Assembly: GCF_964204645.1 (NCBI RefSeq)
Contig: NC_134030.1
Coordinates: 4,320,778-4,384,777 of the forward strand
Length of the DNA stretch: 64,000 bases
DNA from: Tubulanus polymorphus
Taxonomy: Eukaryota; Animalia; Nemertea
Direction of reading: 5' to 3'
Under the pieces are notes generated by a model. That model had not been told where the DNA came from. It saw only the letters and a program-made list of their open reading frames with translations, and made no database searches. The translations under genes and the position numbers were made by a program. Positions 13,930 through 31,266 of the stretch are shown in pieces (the stretch's first letter is position 1; every line of letters starts with the position of its first letter).

Positions 13930-14270
13930 GGATGCGCTGGTATCACTGGTACTGGCTTGATGCACTGGTATCACTGGTACTGGGATGATGTACTGGTATC
14001 ACTGGTACTGGGATGATGCACTGGTATCACTGGTACTGGGATGATGTACTGGTATCACTGGTACTGGGATGATGCACTGGTATCACTGGTACTGGGATGA
14101 TGCGCTGGTATCACTGGTACTGGGATGATGCACTGGTATCACTGGTACTGGGATGATGCGCTGGTATCACTGGTACTGAAATGATGTAGTGGTATTACTG
14201 GTACTGGGATGATGCGCTGGTATCATTGGTGCTGGCTTGATACGCTGGTATCACTGGTACTGGGATGATT
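13930..14270. repeat. 28-bp minisatellite (GATGCACTGGTATCACTGGTACTGGGAT), about 12 copies
   Basis: Direct inspection; unit length is not a multiple of 3. Confidence 0.92.
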
Positions 14271-15012
14271 ATACACTGCAACTGGGTTGGTGTGGGTTGA
14301 TAGTACTTAAACTGTAGTAATGAAGAAGGCGGCCAATCTCACTACTGACTACCTAGTATCAGGTGCTGAACTCAGAAGCGGTGCTGCGACGTAGCATAAC
14401 CAATTCATAGCCGGCTTCAAACAAATTCATTCTTAATAGAATAAACACATTTTCATCTACGTCGTCATAAAAAAACCAATATAAATCATTAAATAATGAA
14501 TAAATGAGAGATCGATTATACTTACATTTAGTACATTGTTATTGTACGTTGCGCAATTATTCAAACTTTCTCCCACAACCAGGTGACTTCATATAAATCA
14601 ATCAAATCCATTTACTACAGAATATCAAATATATTTTCATTCAATCATAAAACAAAACATCATTAAACAGTGAATAATGAATAATAATTGGAATCTAGGC
14701 CTATTTCACAAATACCGATATTTACAAGATATTTCAAATGAATCACTACTTACCCCTCGAATATTGAATCCATCACCGGAATAATTCACTGACACTGTCA
14801 ATATAATGACAGCTACTTCCCCGCAGGAAAAAATGCTCATAGGCTGGAAAAACACTAGGCTGGGGTTGCTAGGCTTATGAATGGATAAATATTTGGATCC
14901 GGTACCTACCGTAGCTTTTTAGGCCTAATTGAAAATAATTCTTTCAACAAAATAGAAACCTTTTCTAACTTGCAATATAATGAGTTTCATCAATTAAACA
15001 GTTTCAAACTGT

Positions 15013-15781
15013 TTATTTGCCGTTTTCTGAAAGGAATTAAACAGCATCAATGATACATGCTTGGAGCGCATGATGGAAATTCTTTACAAACGGCACGTCA
15101 AATTTGGACCCGGAAATAGGTTTTTACATCATTATAATAAATCCCATCCATCAGAGTCACATTCTATTAAATTCAATTCAATTTTGTTCCGTGAATATTT
15201 GTGTCGAGAGACGGAAAGGAAATTCTATGTCGAGACATCAAGGATAGTTTTATCGTTATTACTTCAGTTAATTTACTGTTTTAATGCAGATATAGAAATA
15301 ATTGTCTTTCCTTATTGAATGTTTCTAAATTTTTTACTTTTCAATAGAATAATTTAGATTCTACCTAGAATGAAATATTTAAGATCAGTAAAATTGAAAA
15401 AAAAATATATATTTGAGATATTGAAACGCCGATATTTTTGTGATCACTTTTGAGATTAAGAGTTGAAATAATTGAACTTTCAAAGTGACTGAGGTATTCA
15501 AATGAATAGAAAAATTATCTGAATAGAATTGGATAAGTCAGTTTAGATATTCTAGTTTAAGATTTCGGATTTGAGAAATATTTAAATGAAATTTCAGAGA
15601 TTTGTGCTAGATATGTTGTGTATTTGATATAACCAAGATAAGTATATTTGAGGCATACTAATTGAGATAAGGTAATGAGTAAAAACTTACTTAAATTGAG
15701 GAACAGGTCGAGTGCCCCGCCATTTTTCAGCACCTCGACCTGTACGGATTTCAGCACGTCGAATAAAAAGTTACATGACAT
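15013..15781 (-). CDS. Putative 34-aa micropeptide, copy A: MSCNFLFDVLKSVQVEVLKNGGALDLFLNLKNGK
   Basis: join(15781..15691, 15026..15013): A|GTAAGT donor and TTCCTTTCAG acceptor, both conserved in paralog at 61530-62410; non-coding exon 1 ends 16130, exon 2 starts ~16023. Confidence 0.55.
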
Positions 15782-15829
15782 GATTGTTGTAGTTTTTGTA
15801 GTAAGTTGTCGACGTTGTTGTAGGTTCCG

Positions 15830-15990
15830 TAGAAGGTTCTGTTGTAGAAGGTTCTGTTGTAGAAGGTTCTGTTGTAGAAGCTTCTCACGGTTGTCGAAGG
15901 TTCTGTTGTAGAAGGTTCTGTTGTCGAAGGTTCTGTTGTAGAATGTTCTGTTGTAGAAGGTTCTGTTGTAGACTGTTCTTCTTGTTGTAG
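15830..15990. repeat. 15-bp minisatellite (GAAGGTTCTGTTGTA) in the 5' UTR of micropeptide copy A
   Basis: About 10 tandem copies; absent from the paralogous exon at 61405-61529. Confidence 0.85.
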
Positions 15991-16129
15991 GTTCTCTGAT
16001 TGCTGCTGCTGCTGCTACTGCTGCTGCAATATTGATAAAAGAAAATAATTAATACCAAGATATCAAATCAAATCAATCAAGAAACATTTCATCGACAGGA
16101 AAAAATAAAATGGACGCAGTTAAGCATAC

Positions 16130-16400
16130 CGGAAAATGGCCGAACTGGAAAGAGTGACCCCGTGACCGGGCCTTATATACCGACACCGGTGTGACGTCAT
16201 ATTACACAATACTGACCAATGACAAGTAACTTGACATTCCCGCCGAGAAGTCAAAGAATGAAATTATTGCCACCGAATTGCCATTAGATTCGAATCCTGC
16301 AAACGGAACGATGGTTGATTTTCTATTAAGGGGTGCCTTCACGTTGGAAAGCGCCGATGCCCGGGCCACACCAGTCTACTTAGTTTTGTGGCCAATTTAA
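16130..16400 (-). promoter_or_regulatory. Pol II promoter of micropeptide copy A (E2F-like, CCAAT, C/EBP-like, CRE, TATA, YY1-like)
   Basis: TTCCCGCC 16237-16244, CCAAT 16216-16220, TGACGTCA 16192-16199, TATATAAG (minus) 16172-16179; same motifs, order and spacing at 61190-61260. Confidence 0.7.
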
Positions 16401-16402
16401 CA

Positions 16403-16610
16403 CACCGTAAATCGGGGTGACTTGAGACGCTTATTTATGATTTTTTCATATGCAGCTCGAGGACCTACTAACAATCTACCCAAATGATGATTATTTGAAC
16501 AACAATTGGTCCCTCTTCAGTTCTAGGCGTGATGAAAAAATGTGTCTAATGATTTTCTAATTTTTTTTATTCAGAAACAACTGTCTCATGTCACCCCAAA
16601 TTTGCTGTAA
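16403..16610. mobile_element. Degenerate MITE (Tc1/mariner-pogo-like termini)
   Basis: Imperfect TIRs ACCGTAAATCGGGGTGACTTGAGAC / GTCTCATGTCACCCCAAATTTGCTGT. Confidence 0.5.
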
Positions 16611-18858
16611 ATAAAAGTCTGTTTGATTTTACGCCGATAATTTGATTCTGTTTGTTCACCAGTTGCAGACTTTAAGCAGCTTATACAACTGTGGAAATAT
16701 TGGATTCAAAACTCAGTAGAACTGGATCCAGTGTAGAACTGAACCGCTGACTACGGCGTATTATTAGAAATCAAATAAGGCCAGAAAATTTGAAGGAACT
16801 CGCTGCTTTTGCTTTTGATGGCTGATCGGGTCTTATCTAAAGGTCGTACTCAAGCTGGTCAGGGATCGAGTTCAACTAATACACCTTTAACCTGTGGAAA
16901 CAGTAGGATATTATGTACAGCCTTGCGCCGATAATCAAGTCTTTTTACTTTGGATCATTTAACCAATCCGTGAAATTGATTGTCCGACAACTATTTCCTA
17001 AAAATGTTGAAAGTCTCTTAAACTCTCCCAAGACCGACTGATGTGCATGGAATGTATGGTGACATTTGAAATTACCACAGGCAGCCGTTATCAATATAAC
17101 TTTTTGAATTCATCGTGGGGAAAAAACCAAACTTTTTGAATTCTGGATCTTAGGTAGAGAGTCTAGATAATTCAAGATCCATAGCGTATTTGCTAAGGTC
17201 CAAATTTTGTTGAAAATAACCCCTCTCGCCTAAAACATCACGCTGGCCATGCTTAACAATGCAGGCCCAACTTAAAAGAATAGCTCTTAAGAAAGAGTTG
17301 CCTTATCAAAATACTCAATTTTGGAATAAGTCGAAATCATTTTTCAATGAATAGGCCTAATTCCAAAATATTCAGTATTAATGGAAATGGAAATTTATTC
17401 GAAGACTAATGTTTCAGTCCACTGGAAATCCACTGCCAAATTTTCCTTGAGATCTGAGAGTAGGGTATAGGCTAATATTTTCATTAGATAGAATAGGTTT
17501 GCGGATTTCTACTTCATCATATTTAGAAATATTCTGGGAAGGATTAGCCATGCATTTACATTATCTGATGCTGTACTATATATACATCATCGCTCCGTCA
17601 TGCCGAGTTATACATTTCACATCAACCAGTATGCAGCTGTTCAGTGTATACACTCTATATCTGAATACGAGGCTGGAATAACATGCTCACTTCACGTAGA
17701 CTGGACTCACTAGATAAGATTAGAATCAGAATGACAAAAATACAACTGAATACGAATTTCGACATCCTTTAATATCGCTATCTCTCAGAAGATAAATCAT
17801 TCATAGCGAACTACGGTCTCAACAGAATGTCAACACGAATTACAACAATCCTGTTCTTGGCAAAATGAGAGTTGAGAAAGTCTTGGCCTCCGTTAAACCA
17901 CAAAAGCAACGAAGACAATTTTGTTTTAAAAATCTGTATTTCCCAATGTGACTTTTGATATAATTTTTCGTTGTTATCGAAAAGAAACGACAAAATTTAC
18001 ACCATAAACAAAATTTGACACTAAGTTCCAAGATATGATTCAAAAGTAATAAAAAATAAACTACTAAGATTATATTAGCACATATTTTCCTCATTGAAAT
18101 ATGACCTACAAACCAATCAACCCAAACATTTCATTTTGCGAAAACTTTCGGTACATGTCCTTGATGCATGCAATACTTGGTTGAATTCATCAGTTCATCA
18201 GTAGAACACACTTGGATTTAAGTGAATAACGTTACAAAAAATAAAATTATACTGTGGAATACTTTAACAGCAGTCTTTATCAAAGCCTAAAGTTATTTAT
18301 AGCACACAAATAGATTCACAAAATACATTCGGAAAAATACACGAAATTCAGCATCTTAACAATTAGCAATGGGAAAACAGAACATTACTATACTTCATAC
18401 AGAACCAAGAATTTTGTAAGATTCCTCTGAAAAACATTGACACTAAACAAGATCGCTAATAACACCGGTAATAAGACGGTTGAAAATACTGACAATTTTT
18501 ACCATAACCTCTCATATCGGACAAGTGTAAGATTTTCAATTACAACATAACTTATCTACTCAATGCACAGAACACCTTACTACATAAAGAAAACACCTAC
18601 AATAGTCTAACTGGTTTTACTATCAGATACGGAACAGATACGGATGACCAGGAAGAACCACGGCAAGAAAACCTTGCTCATAATGCAGCCAAATGAAGAC
18701 ACAATATTCCACAAAAATCAACAGAAACATTTGAAACATTAGTATCATGTGAATTGGACGAGGTTTTGAAAAGCGAAACTACCGAACCATTAGTAAACTT
18801 ATTGATATATCTTAAGTGAACTCTGCCATCAGATCTTTTCATTTGTTGGTGTGTGATA

Positions 18859-23417
<4,559 letters not shown>

Positions 23418-23511
23418 GTCTTATCTGAAATATAAAACAATAATGCAGATTTTCAACAGGATATGTAAATTCACAATGAACTTAATTTGGCAAACAATGA
23501 CCACAATGAAT

Positions 23512-23579
23512 TATTTATTATTTGAGCAAATGCCAATAGGCTTATAGAAGCCTATTGGCATTTGCTCAAATAATAAATA
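23512..23579. repeat. Perfect 32-bp-arm palindrome with 4-nt loop, upstream of first CBS coding exon
   Basis: TATTTATTATTTGAGCAAATGCCAATAGGCTT-ATAG-AAGCCTATTGGCATTTGCTCAAATAATAAATA. Confidence 0.95.
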
Positions 23580-23913
23580 GTTCAGAAAACCAGATTTGAA
23601 ATCCCTTCAGATAGGTCATTTACGAGAAATTTTTGTTCACCAGAATGAATTTCCTATATGTGTGTGGTTCACGCATGAATGGATGAATGATTGGCGAAAG
23701 GTTAAAGGCCACAGCCTGCCTACACTTACAGCCAAGCAGAAAATAAAGCACTTGCATCAGGGTCGACAAAGTTAATGTAAATTTCAGAGGGCCACAAATT
23801 GACCGAGGTAGAGGTCGTGAACAGAAATAAAACGATAAGATTAAGAACGACCTCCAGACACAACAATCACAATTGCAAGGAAACACACGTCAAACACACG
23901 ACGACGACACGTC

Positions 23914-25069
23914 CACAGGGGCTCGTTACGATAGCTGGGGGTCCAAAATCAAAGATTTGACCCAGTATCCTAGGTACCACCTATAAAAAAAGAAAAGGGA
24001 GCTAACATTTTGACATACTAGAATTGACCTTCTCATTTCAATCGCTCATAACTTCGTAACCCATCGACCGATTCGCTCGAAATTGGTTTCGTTTCATTCC
24101 TAAGAGGTTACTTTTTCGTTTGAGACCTTCCGCGACAAAATCGGATAAGAGACACCCGAGAAATCACGACTCAAATCCGAAAAAACGAGTCAAAATGGCC
24201 AAAGCCGGAATTACTAGGACGTCTCGGAGTAGTCGATTCCCAACGAAAAACGATGAGTTGACGCGGTTCCCGGACGTTAATCTTCACATATCATACATCG
24301 CTGGAAAGCTTATGAACTGACCTTATTGAAAAATGCGTTTATTTGATAATCCGTTCCGAAACCGGCGACAAGCGAGGTGATAATACGCACCGAACCGATA
24401 AATACGCACTTTAAGCGTCACTGAACCGCCATTGAGGGTGTGACGTCACGGGCTCTGAGGACTGATAAATTCGCGATACGTGATTGGTCGACTGAATATG
24501 TCAATTATCTAGCGTTGCATGCTGGGATTTCTCATGACGTCACGCAGTTAATGGCGGCCGGAATACACTTGGAAATCGTATTTATCGCATCAATCTGGAT
24601 TATCAGCTCGCCAGTCGCGGGTATCGGAACGGATTATCAAATAAACGCGTCTGTCAATAAGGTCAGTTCATAAGCTTTCCAGCGATGTATGATATGTGAA
24701 GATTAACGTCCGGGAACCGCGTCAAATCATCGTTTTTCGTCGGAAATTGAGCACTTCAAGCCGTCCTAGTAATTCCGGCTTTGGATATTTTGACCCGTTT
24801 TTTCGGATTTGAGTCGTGATTTCTCGGGCGTCTCCGGTCCGATTTCATCGGGGAAGGTCTCAAACGAAAAAGTCACCTCTTGGGAATGAAACGAATCTAA
24901 TTTCGTGTAAATCGGTCGATCGGTTACGAAGTTATGAGGGGTTGAAATGAGAAGGTCAATTCTTGTATGTCAAAATGTTAGCTCCCTTTTCTTTTTTTAT
25001 AGGTGGTACCTAGGATACTGGGTCAAATCTTTGATTTTGGACCCCCAGCTATCGTAACGAGCCCCTGTG
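23914..25069. mobile_element. 1156-bp non-autonomous DNA transposon with ~415-bp TIRs and 8-bp TSD (CANRG termini, P-superfamily-like)
   Basis: TSD GACACGTC at 23906-23913 and 25070-25077; TIRs 23914-~24330 and ~24655-25069, outer ~100 bp identical; no transposase ORF. Confidence 0.92.
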
Positions 25070-25229
25070 GACACGTCAGTCAGTCAACTGAATTCATGTT
25101 TCGTGGTTGATTGACGGAATGTCATGGATACATTTTATAAATACGCAAGAACGAAATAAAGATTAGCATACAAAATAGATAATCAGCAAGTTCACTAACG
25201 TATTTAATGCATTTTTAGTGTATTTACAG

Positions 25230-25623
25230 AAGACAGACCTGTCGAATCGTGTTTACTCTTCCTGGTTCTGTTAAAAAGGGTCCATGGTCATGCCTAATCA
25301 TTGGACATCGGCTTCGGGCATCGGAGTAAGCACTCTTCCCCGATTCGGGTATTATCGGAGTCACCCATTTCTGGACAATTAAGTGTAGCAAATTAACTCC
25401 AGGCGGGGTTCGAGTCCCATTTAAACATTTTATCAGCTGTGACTAGCAATGGCACCCGGTCATCGACAATCTGTGTGATAACTCGAGTAAACCATGATAT
25501 TTTAAAAATATAATGGGTATTACCATGAGGATATCTAAAAAAAATCAATATACTGCGACAATTGGTGGTTTTGCAGTAATTTAAAAATTTCATTGAATTT
25601 GCATTGAGCTGTCAAATTTCAAA
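25230..25623. promoter_or_regulatory. Probable shared bidirectional promoter of CBS and PPP2R1A
   Basis: Head-to-head genes; candidate CBS non-coding exon donor CAG|GTCTGT at 25239 (minus); CAAAATGGCG (YY1-like) at the PPP2R1A ATG. Confidence 0.45.
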
Positions 25624-28600
25624 ATGGCGTCAACAGAAGCTGGTTCTGATGATTCCCTCTACCCGATCGCGGTGTTAATTGATGAATTGCGGAATGAAGA
25701 TGTTCAAGTAAGTTGATCTATCGCAAGTGCTCGTTTTAAAGCTCGTTCTGGCGAAGTAACGTAGCGTATCACCGCCTAGAACAGCTGTAATCAGTGTTTC
25801 GATTGAAAAATTACGCACTTGTCTTTCATTTTCACCTCTCTCGCGTCCTTGTCGATCTCGCTACGTTCCTCATTCCACGGGATGGCACTGGACAGTCAAA
25901 AGAAACAATTTTTTTTTCCAATTTCGTTGCAGCTGAGATTGAACAGTATCAAGAAGCTGTCAACTATAGCATTAGCCCTGGGAGTGGAGAGATCACGCAC
26001 TGAACTCATTCCATTTCTAACTGGTAAGGCATTTCTGTTTTTTTTTGTGATCTGTTGAATTAGGTTTGGCTGATATGTAGACTTGCCAGCTCTCATGATA
26101 GTGTTAATATAACAAGCAAAAAACCTGTGAAAATCATATTTTTTTAGCCCAGGCACTACAGAGCTTTGTGTTTGAATTTAATACATTTTCGCGATTTATT
26201 GAGTGATGCATTTATGTTTTCAACTAACAAAGCTAGTTCATCATATCCATGCATATAGCTACTATCAAGATACATACAGTAACCATTGACCTTTCTTGTT
26301 TTAGCTATTCATAAAGATTGATTGAGTTTGTTCTACTTTACCTCTCTTGACAAATGATAGTCTAACCGCAAAGTTCCACAATTCTAGGAATATTGTGCTT
26401 TATGCATTATCAATGTTATTATTTTTTTAATTCTCCGATATTCAGATACAATCTATGATGAAGATGAAGTGCTTTTGGCCTTGGCCGAACAACTCGGACA
26501 GTTCACGCCGCTGATCGGAGGACCTGAATATGTTCACTGCCTTCTCGTTAGTATTATTCTTGATTTCGAATCACCAAATCTGTGAATTTCAGGGTTTGTA
26601 CTAGTCAGTAGAAATTTGGATTAGTATTTCTCTAGGCTTGGAAAATTATGAACCACAGAATATGAAACACTGCAAATAGTACGGCGAACCCTGGGATTGA
26701 TTTAGTTTTAGGGGGTTGTGAGCTGCCTGGTCTTATAATGATTTATTTTCTAGCCACCGTTGGAAAGTTTGGCTATAGTTGAAGAGACAGTCGTGCGCGA
26801 TAAAGCCGTCGAATCATTACGGATCATCGCCGGACAGCATTCTCAGAGCGATCTCGAGACCCACGTCGTTCCGTTGATTAAACGATTATCGAGTGGAGAT
26901 TGGTTCACGTCGAGGACATCTGCTTGCGGACTTTATTCCGTCACTTATCCCAACGTTTCCTCAACTCTGAAAGCAGAACTCAGACAGTAAGTAACGCGCA
27001 CACACAGAGTGTGACATTACTTTGAATTTCAGATGAACTTGGGTCTTTCTTTCTAGGGTCCTCTTAACAGCATTTTCATGATTGGTAGACTGATATTAAT
27101 CTCATTATTTCAGAGCTGATGAGCAAAACCAACAGTTGATGATTTAACAAATTATCAAGTCATCATCTGTGGGTTTGCTCAGATTTTCATATTGAACATG
27201 ATATAAGTCAGGGAATTAAGAGAGTCTGAGAGTCTTGGAATTTTTTGTGAAAAACCAGGGAAAAGTCCTGGAAATTTGTTGAGATTGCTAGATCGCTCGT
27301 AAAATCGGACAGTTTCCTTGTATGTTTTATGAAATCGACAACTTTAATTAATTGGATTCTAAGTAGATCAAGTTAGGGAAATGACGCGCACGTCAGGGAA
27401 TAGCCAGGGAAAACCAAGTCAAATAAAGCAAGCAACCCTGATGAATAGATTGTTCACAATTACGTTTCATGTTTTCTTGTTTTAATCAGGATGTTTCATA
27501 CTCTGTGCGGAGATGATACGCCGATGGTTCGTCGCGCCGCTGCTGATCGACTCGGAGAACTCGCTAAAGTCGTTGAACCCGAATATCTCAAGTCGGATAT
27601 CGTGCCATTATTCGCTTCGTTGTCGCAGGATGAACAGGTAATAGAAATACTCCTATCACAATGAGGGGCTCTCTGTGCTGTATTTGCTATCCGACTAGAT
27701 GGTGTGCATGACAATAGGACAACTCGGTCAAAGATTAGTTAATTTTACATTGGACTTTCTACTTGAATTCAGTTGGCGGGTGGCGCATGTAACCTCTTGG
27801 TAACAAACAGCCCCCACTGAAAATATCTTAATATGATTTTATCAGGAAATTTTTGCTCAAGGTTTATGGAAAATCATGGACATATACATGTATCAGGATA
27901 TTTTAGGATACCCTGATTTGTACGAACCCCTGGACCTACTTCCACAGTTGTGAGTTAGAGAGTAGTATCTGTATCTGTTGTTTTCATTGATGAAACCACT
28001 TCTGATATTAGCTGTCAATGGCGGAGAGTTAACTCTTCAGTGAGTAGTTAAACTGAACTGAAGATCTGAATCCTGAAGATGTTATTTCTGTTTGTTACAG
28101 GATTCAGTGCGTTTATTAGCAGTGGAAGCATGTGTGCATATAGCGTCATTGTTATCACATGATGATATTGATCAGTTGGTAATGCCGACTTTACGACAAG
28201 CGGCTGATGATAAATCGTGGAGAGTGCGATACATGGTCGCTGATAAATTCACTCAGGTTCGTCGTAATCACAATTATCGTTTTCGCGTCTTGTCATCGGC
28301 TCGAAATATGACGTAATTTTCTTACGATTGCAGCTACAGAAGGCGGTCGGTTCTGAGATCACGAAGAACGATCTCGTCCCGGCATTCCAAGGTTTATTGA
28401 AAGATTGCGAGGCTGAGGTTCGCACCGCCGCGGCTGACAAGGTTAAAGGTGAGCCTGTCTTTCCATTTCAAGAGAAGTTGTTGGACATGTTAACCTGGGC
28501 TCGGTTTCCTTGCGCGTAGTCCTTGTATATGTATTAGTAGTGAAAGTTCATATCTTTGATAAAATCAAATTAACCTTCTGTGAACTACCAGTCTTCAAGT

Positions 28601-30752
28601 TTACTCATTTCAGTGACAACATTTTGATTTTGTGTGACATAGTAAAAAATCGATTGTTTTTGATGTTTGCAATTTTATTGCCAGATTTCTGTATGAATCT
28701 TGACGAGGCGTCGCGTGAGGCAACTATCATGACGAGCCTGCTGCCGTGCATTAAAGATTTAGTCACTGACCCCAATCAGCATGTCAAATCAGCATTAGCC
28801 TCGGTCATCATGGGACTATCGTTGCTCCTCGGAAAAGAAAAGTAAGGAAGCCTTGACTGCAATTGATCCCGTTATTTATTCTGAAAATGAAGTATATAAT
28901 GTTCTGCCATTTATTTCAGCACTGTTGAACATCTTCTGCCAATGTTCCTCGTTATGTTAAAAGATGAATGTCCCGAAGTTCGTTTGAATATCATATCAAA
29001 CCTGGACTGCGTCAATGAGGTTAGTTTCGAAACAACTGCACTGTCCTGAAACTCAAAAGAAATTACGGAGCTGTTCCTGATTTTCAGTATGTTGTCTTGA
29101 GAAATGTGTAAGATGCTAATGAAGGTCTTGCCATTATTGATTACGTTTTGATTAATTTGAATATTTTCTTTCATATCTCAATGAACAACTTGATGCTACT
29201 GATAGCGCTTTTCATAGGTCGGCAGCCCTGTAAATATTTTACTTTACCTTCTAGTTATCAATTTTTTGTTCAGGTTATTGGAATCAAGACGCTGTCGCAA
29301 AGTTTGCTGCCGGCGATTGTCGAGTTAGCGGAAGATTCGAAATGGCGCGTACGCTTGGCGATCATTGAATACATGCCGTTGTTGGCTGGTCAGCTGGGCA
29401 AGGATTTTTTCGACGAGAAGTTGAACTCGCTGTGTATGACGTGGCTTGTTGATCACGGTATATCGATTTTACTGAATAAAATGAGCACACAGGGTTCTTA
29501 GAGATCTAAGAAATCAGGAAATTCGGGATTTTTTTCTATGCACGGAAAATCAGGGAAATCTAGACATCTTGAAGATCAGGGAAAAGTCAGGGAATTTCGA
29601 ATTTCTGTTAGTTGTTGGTGATGACTAAGGAGCAGCTTGAGAAACACTTCCCTCTCAGGATATCTATTAATCTAATCATATTCTTGGAATCATTGGTCAA
29701 GGTTCAGGGAAATATCTCGGATATTTGGATTCCCTGATCAGTAAGAACTCTGATTTCATCACTCTTGTTTTGATAAAACCAAAATTTCAATTTCTGGATA
29801 TCTGTTTTCAGTTTACGCTATTAGAGAAGCCGCTACTTTGAATTTGAAGAAACTCGTTGAGAAATTCGGCAATGATTGGGCACTACAGCAAGCAATTCCG
29901 AAGGTTATCCTGATGTCATCGGATCATAATTATCTGCACCGATTGACCTGTTTGTTCTGTGTCAATGTAAGTTCTCATTATATGTTTCAACTGTTATTGA
30001 TAACATGATAGAAAACAGGACTCGGTTCCACAGTTGTAAGTTATGGAGTTTTAGGTCTATTAGTGCTTAAGATATGCCATGAATAACTCTTCAAAAGATT
30101 GATCGCTATAAATTGTTGTTTAGCTGTTAGCTGACGCGTGCGGCGCAGAAATGACCGTCAGAGATTTACTGCCGACCGTTCTACGAATGGCCACCGATTC
30201 TGTCGCCAACGTTCGTTTCAACGTGGCTAAAACATGTCAAAAACTCGGACCACGGTTCGATCAAAGGTGCGTATAATAATGGTTCGACTTTTCAAAGGAA
30301 TCTTTAAATAATGTAAACTATACCAGCCCCTGAGTAGAAAAATTCATTCAATGAACATTTGGTCGGTCTTGTGATAAATATATGGATTCGGTAGCCTAAA
30401 AATTCAAAGTCGATTGATATAAACCAATTTTGACAACCTGCTCATCTGGCCTTCAGGCGCGATAGCTAATGTTGCAGTTTCCCTTCGTATTTCAAAATCT
30501 AAATACACATAATATGTATATTACAGCGTAGTTGTACAACAAATAAAACCGGTTTTGGACAAGTTATCCAAAGATCCAGATGTTGATGTTCAATATTACG
30601 CATCAGAAGCTCTAGAAGGTAAAGGCCTCTGTTGTGACTAGTTTTCATTCTATGCTCGAGTTTCGTCATGACGCATAACCCGAAAATTACTGTAGTATTC
30701 TATTCGAATTCATGAAAATTTTATTTTTCTTACAGCTCTTAAATTAGTGTGA
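25624..30752 (+). CDS. PPP2R1A: Protein phosphatase 2A scaffold subunit A (PR65, HEAT repeats), 591 aa
   Basis: Exons 25624-25707, 25933-26023, 26446-26546, 26754-26986, 27490-27637, 28101-28256, 28334-28448, 28685-28841, 28920-29019, 29274-29457, 29812-29966, 30124-30266, 30527-30618, 30736-30752 (1776 nt). [58 protein letters not shown]. Likely co-ortholog of vertebrate PPP2R1A/B. Confidence 0.97.
29490..29752. mobile_element. hAT-like MITE with CAGGG termini and internal CAGGGAA repeats (related copies ~27050-27440, 55400-55495)
   Basis: CAGGGTTCTTA ... TAAGAACTCTG ends; multiple TCAGGGAA subterminal motifs. Confidence 0.55.
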
Positions 30753-31087
30753 TATGATGGCCCTAGCGCTCATTTAAAAGGTACCTTCGAAATTCTAACC
30801 GTTGATAACCTGAAAGAGCTACATATTTGATTTAACGAGAAATTATTCTGTTATATTTCCAGCTTGCTTGTGATGTTGCTTTTTGATGGCGAATAAATGA
30901 TCCCGATAATTCAGCCCTCTAAGATAATCTTTGCGCACGTAATTTTGCCGTAAGACTAATACACAGAGACATCCGATGTATCTAGAATTCACTTCATTCA
31001 TGGAATGTATTGTTAAATCAGTTTTAAATACTTTCAAGGACTGCCATGCCAGTATAAATATGAATTAATAGCAAGAATTGTCTTGAA

Positions 31088-31266
31088 GGAATCTGTTTTT
31101 GTACCGCTACAGTAGACTCCGCCTTACTTGGTCAACTCGGAAAACCGCTCAAGTCGGGGAATTTTCCAAAAATGTTGATTGGAAAACCTATTTCTTTTCA
31201 CACTGATTCTCAACTCGGTGAAATATTTCAGTCGGAACGGTACCGAGAAAGGTGCAGTTTACTGTA
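31088..31266. mobile_element. TA-flanked Tc1/mariner (pogo/Tigger-like) MITE in PPP2R1A 3' UTR; similar relic at ~1432-1518
   Basis: TACAGTAGACTCCGC ... GCAGTTTACTGTA. Confidence 0.55.

Noticed and set aside
15830-15990. Mucin-like TTEPS coding repeat
   Set aside because: Lies upstream of the conserved ATG, is interrupted by an out-of-phase unit and is absent from the paralog.
25395-25420. tRNA gene at GGTTCGAGTCCC
   Set aside because: Isolated B-box with no cloverleaf or acceptor stem; the same applies to 19517-19527 and the 37.5-38.2 kb units.
27115-27190. Hammerhead ribozyme (CTGATGAG + stem)
   Set aside because: No GAAA core after stem II and no stems I/III.
27985-28080. C/D box snoRNA in PPP2R1A intron 5
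   Set aside because: TGATGA/CTGA boxes overlap a palindromic MITE; no terminal stem or rRNA guide recognised.
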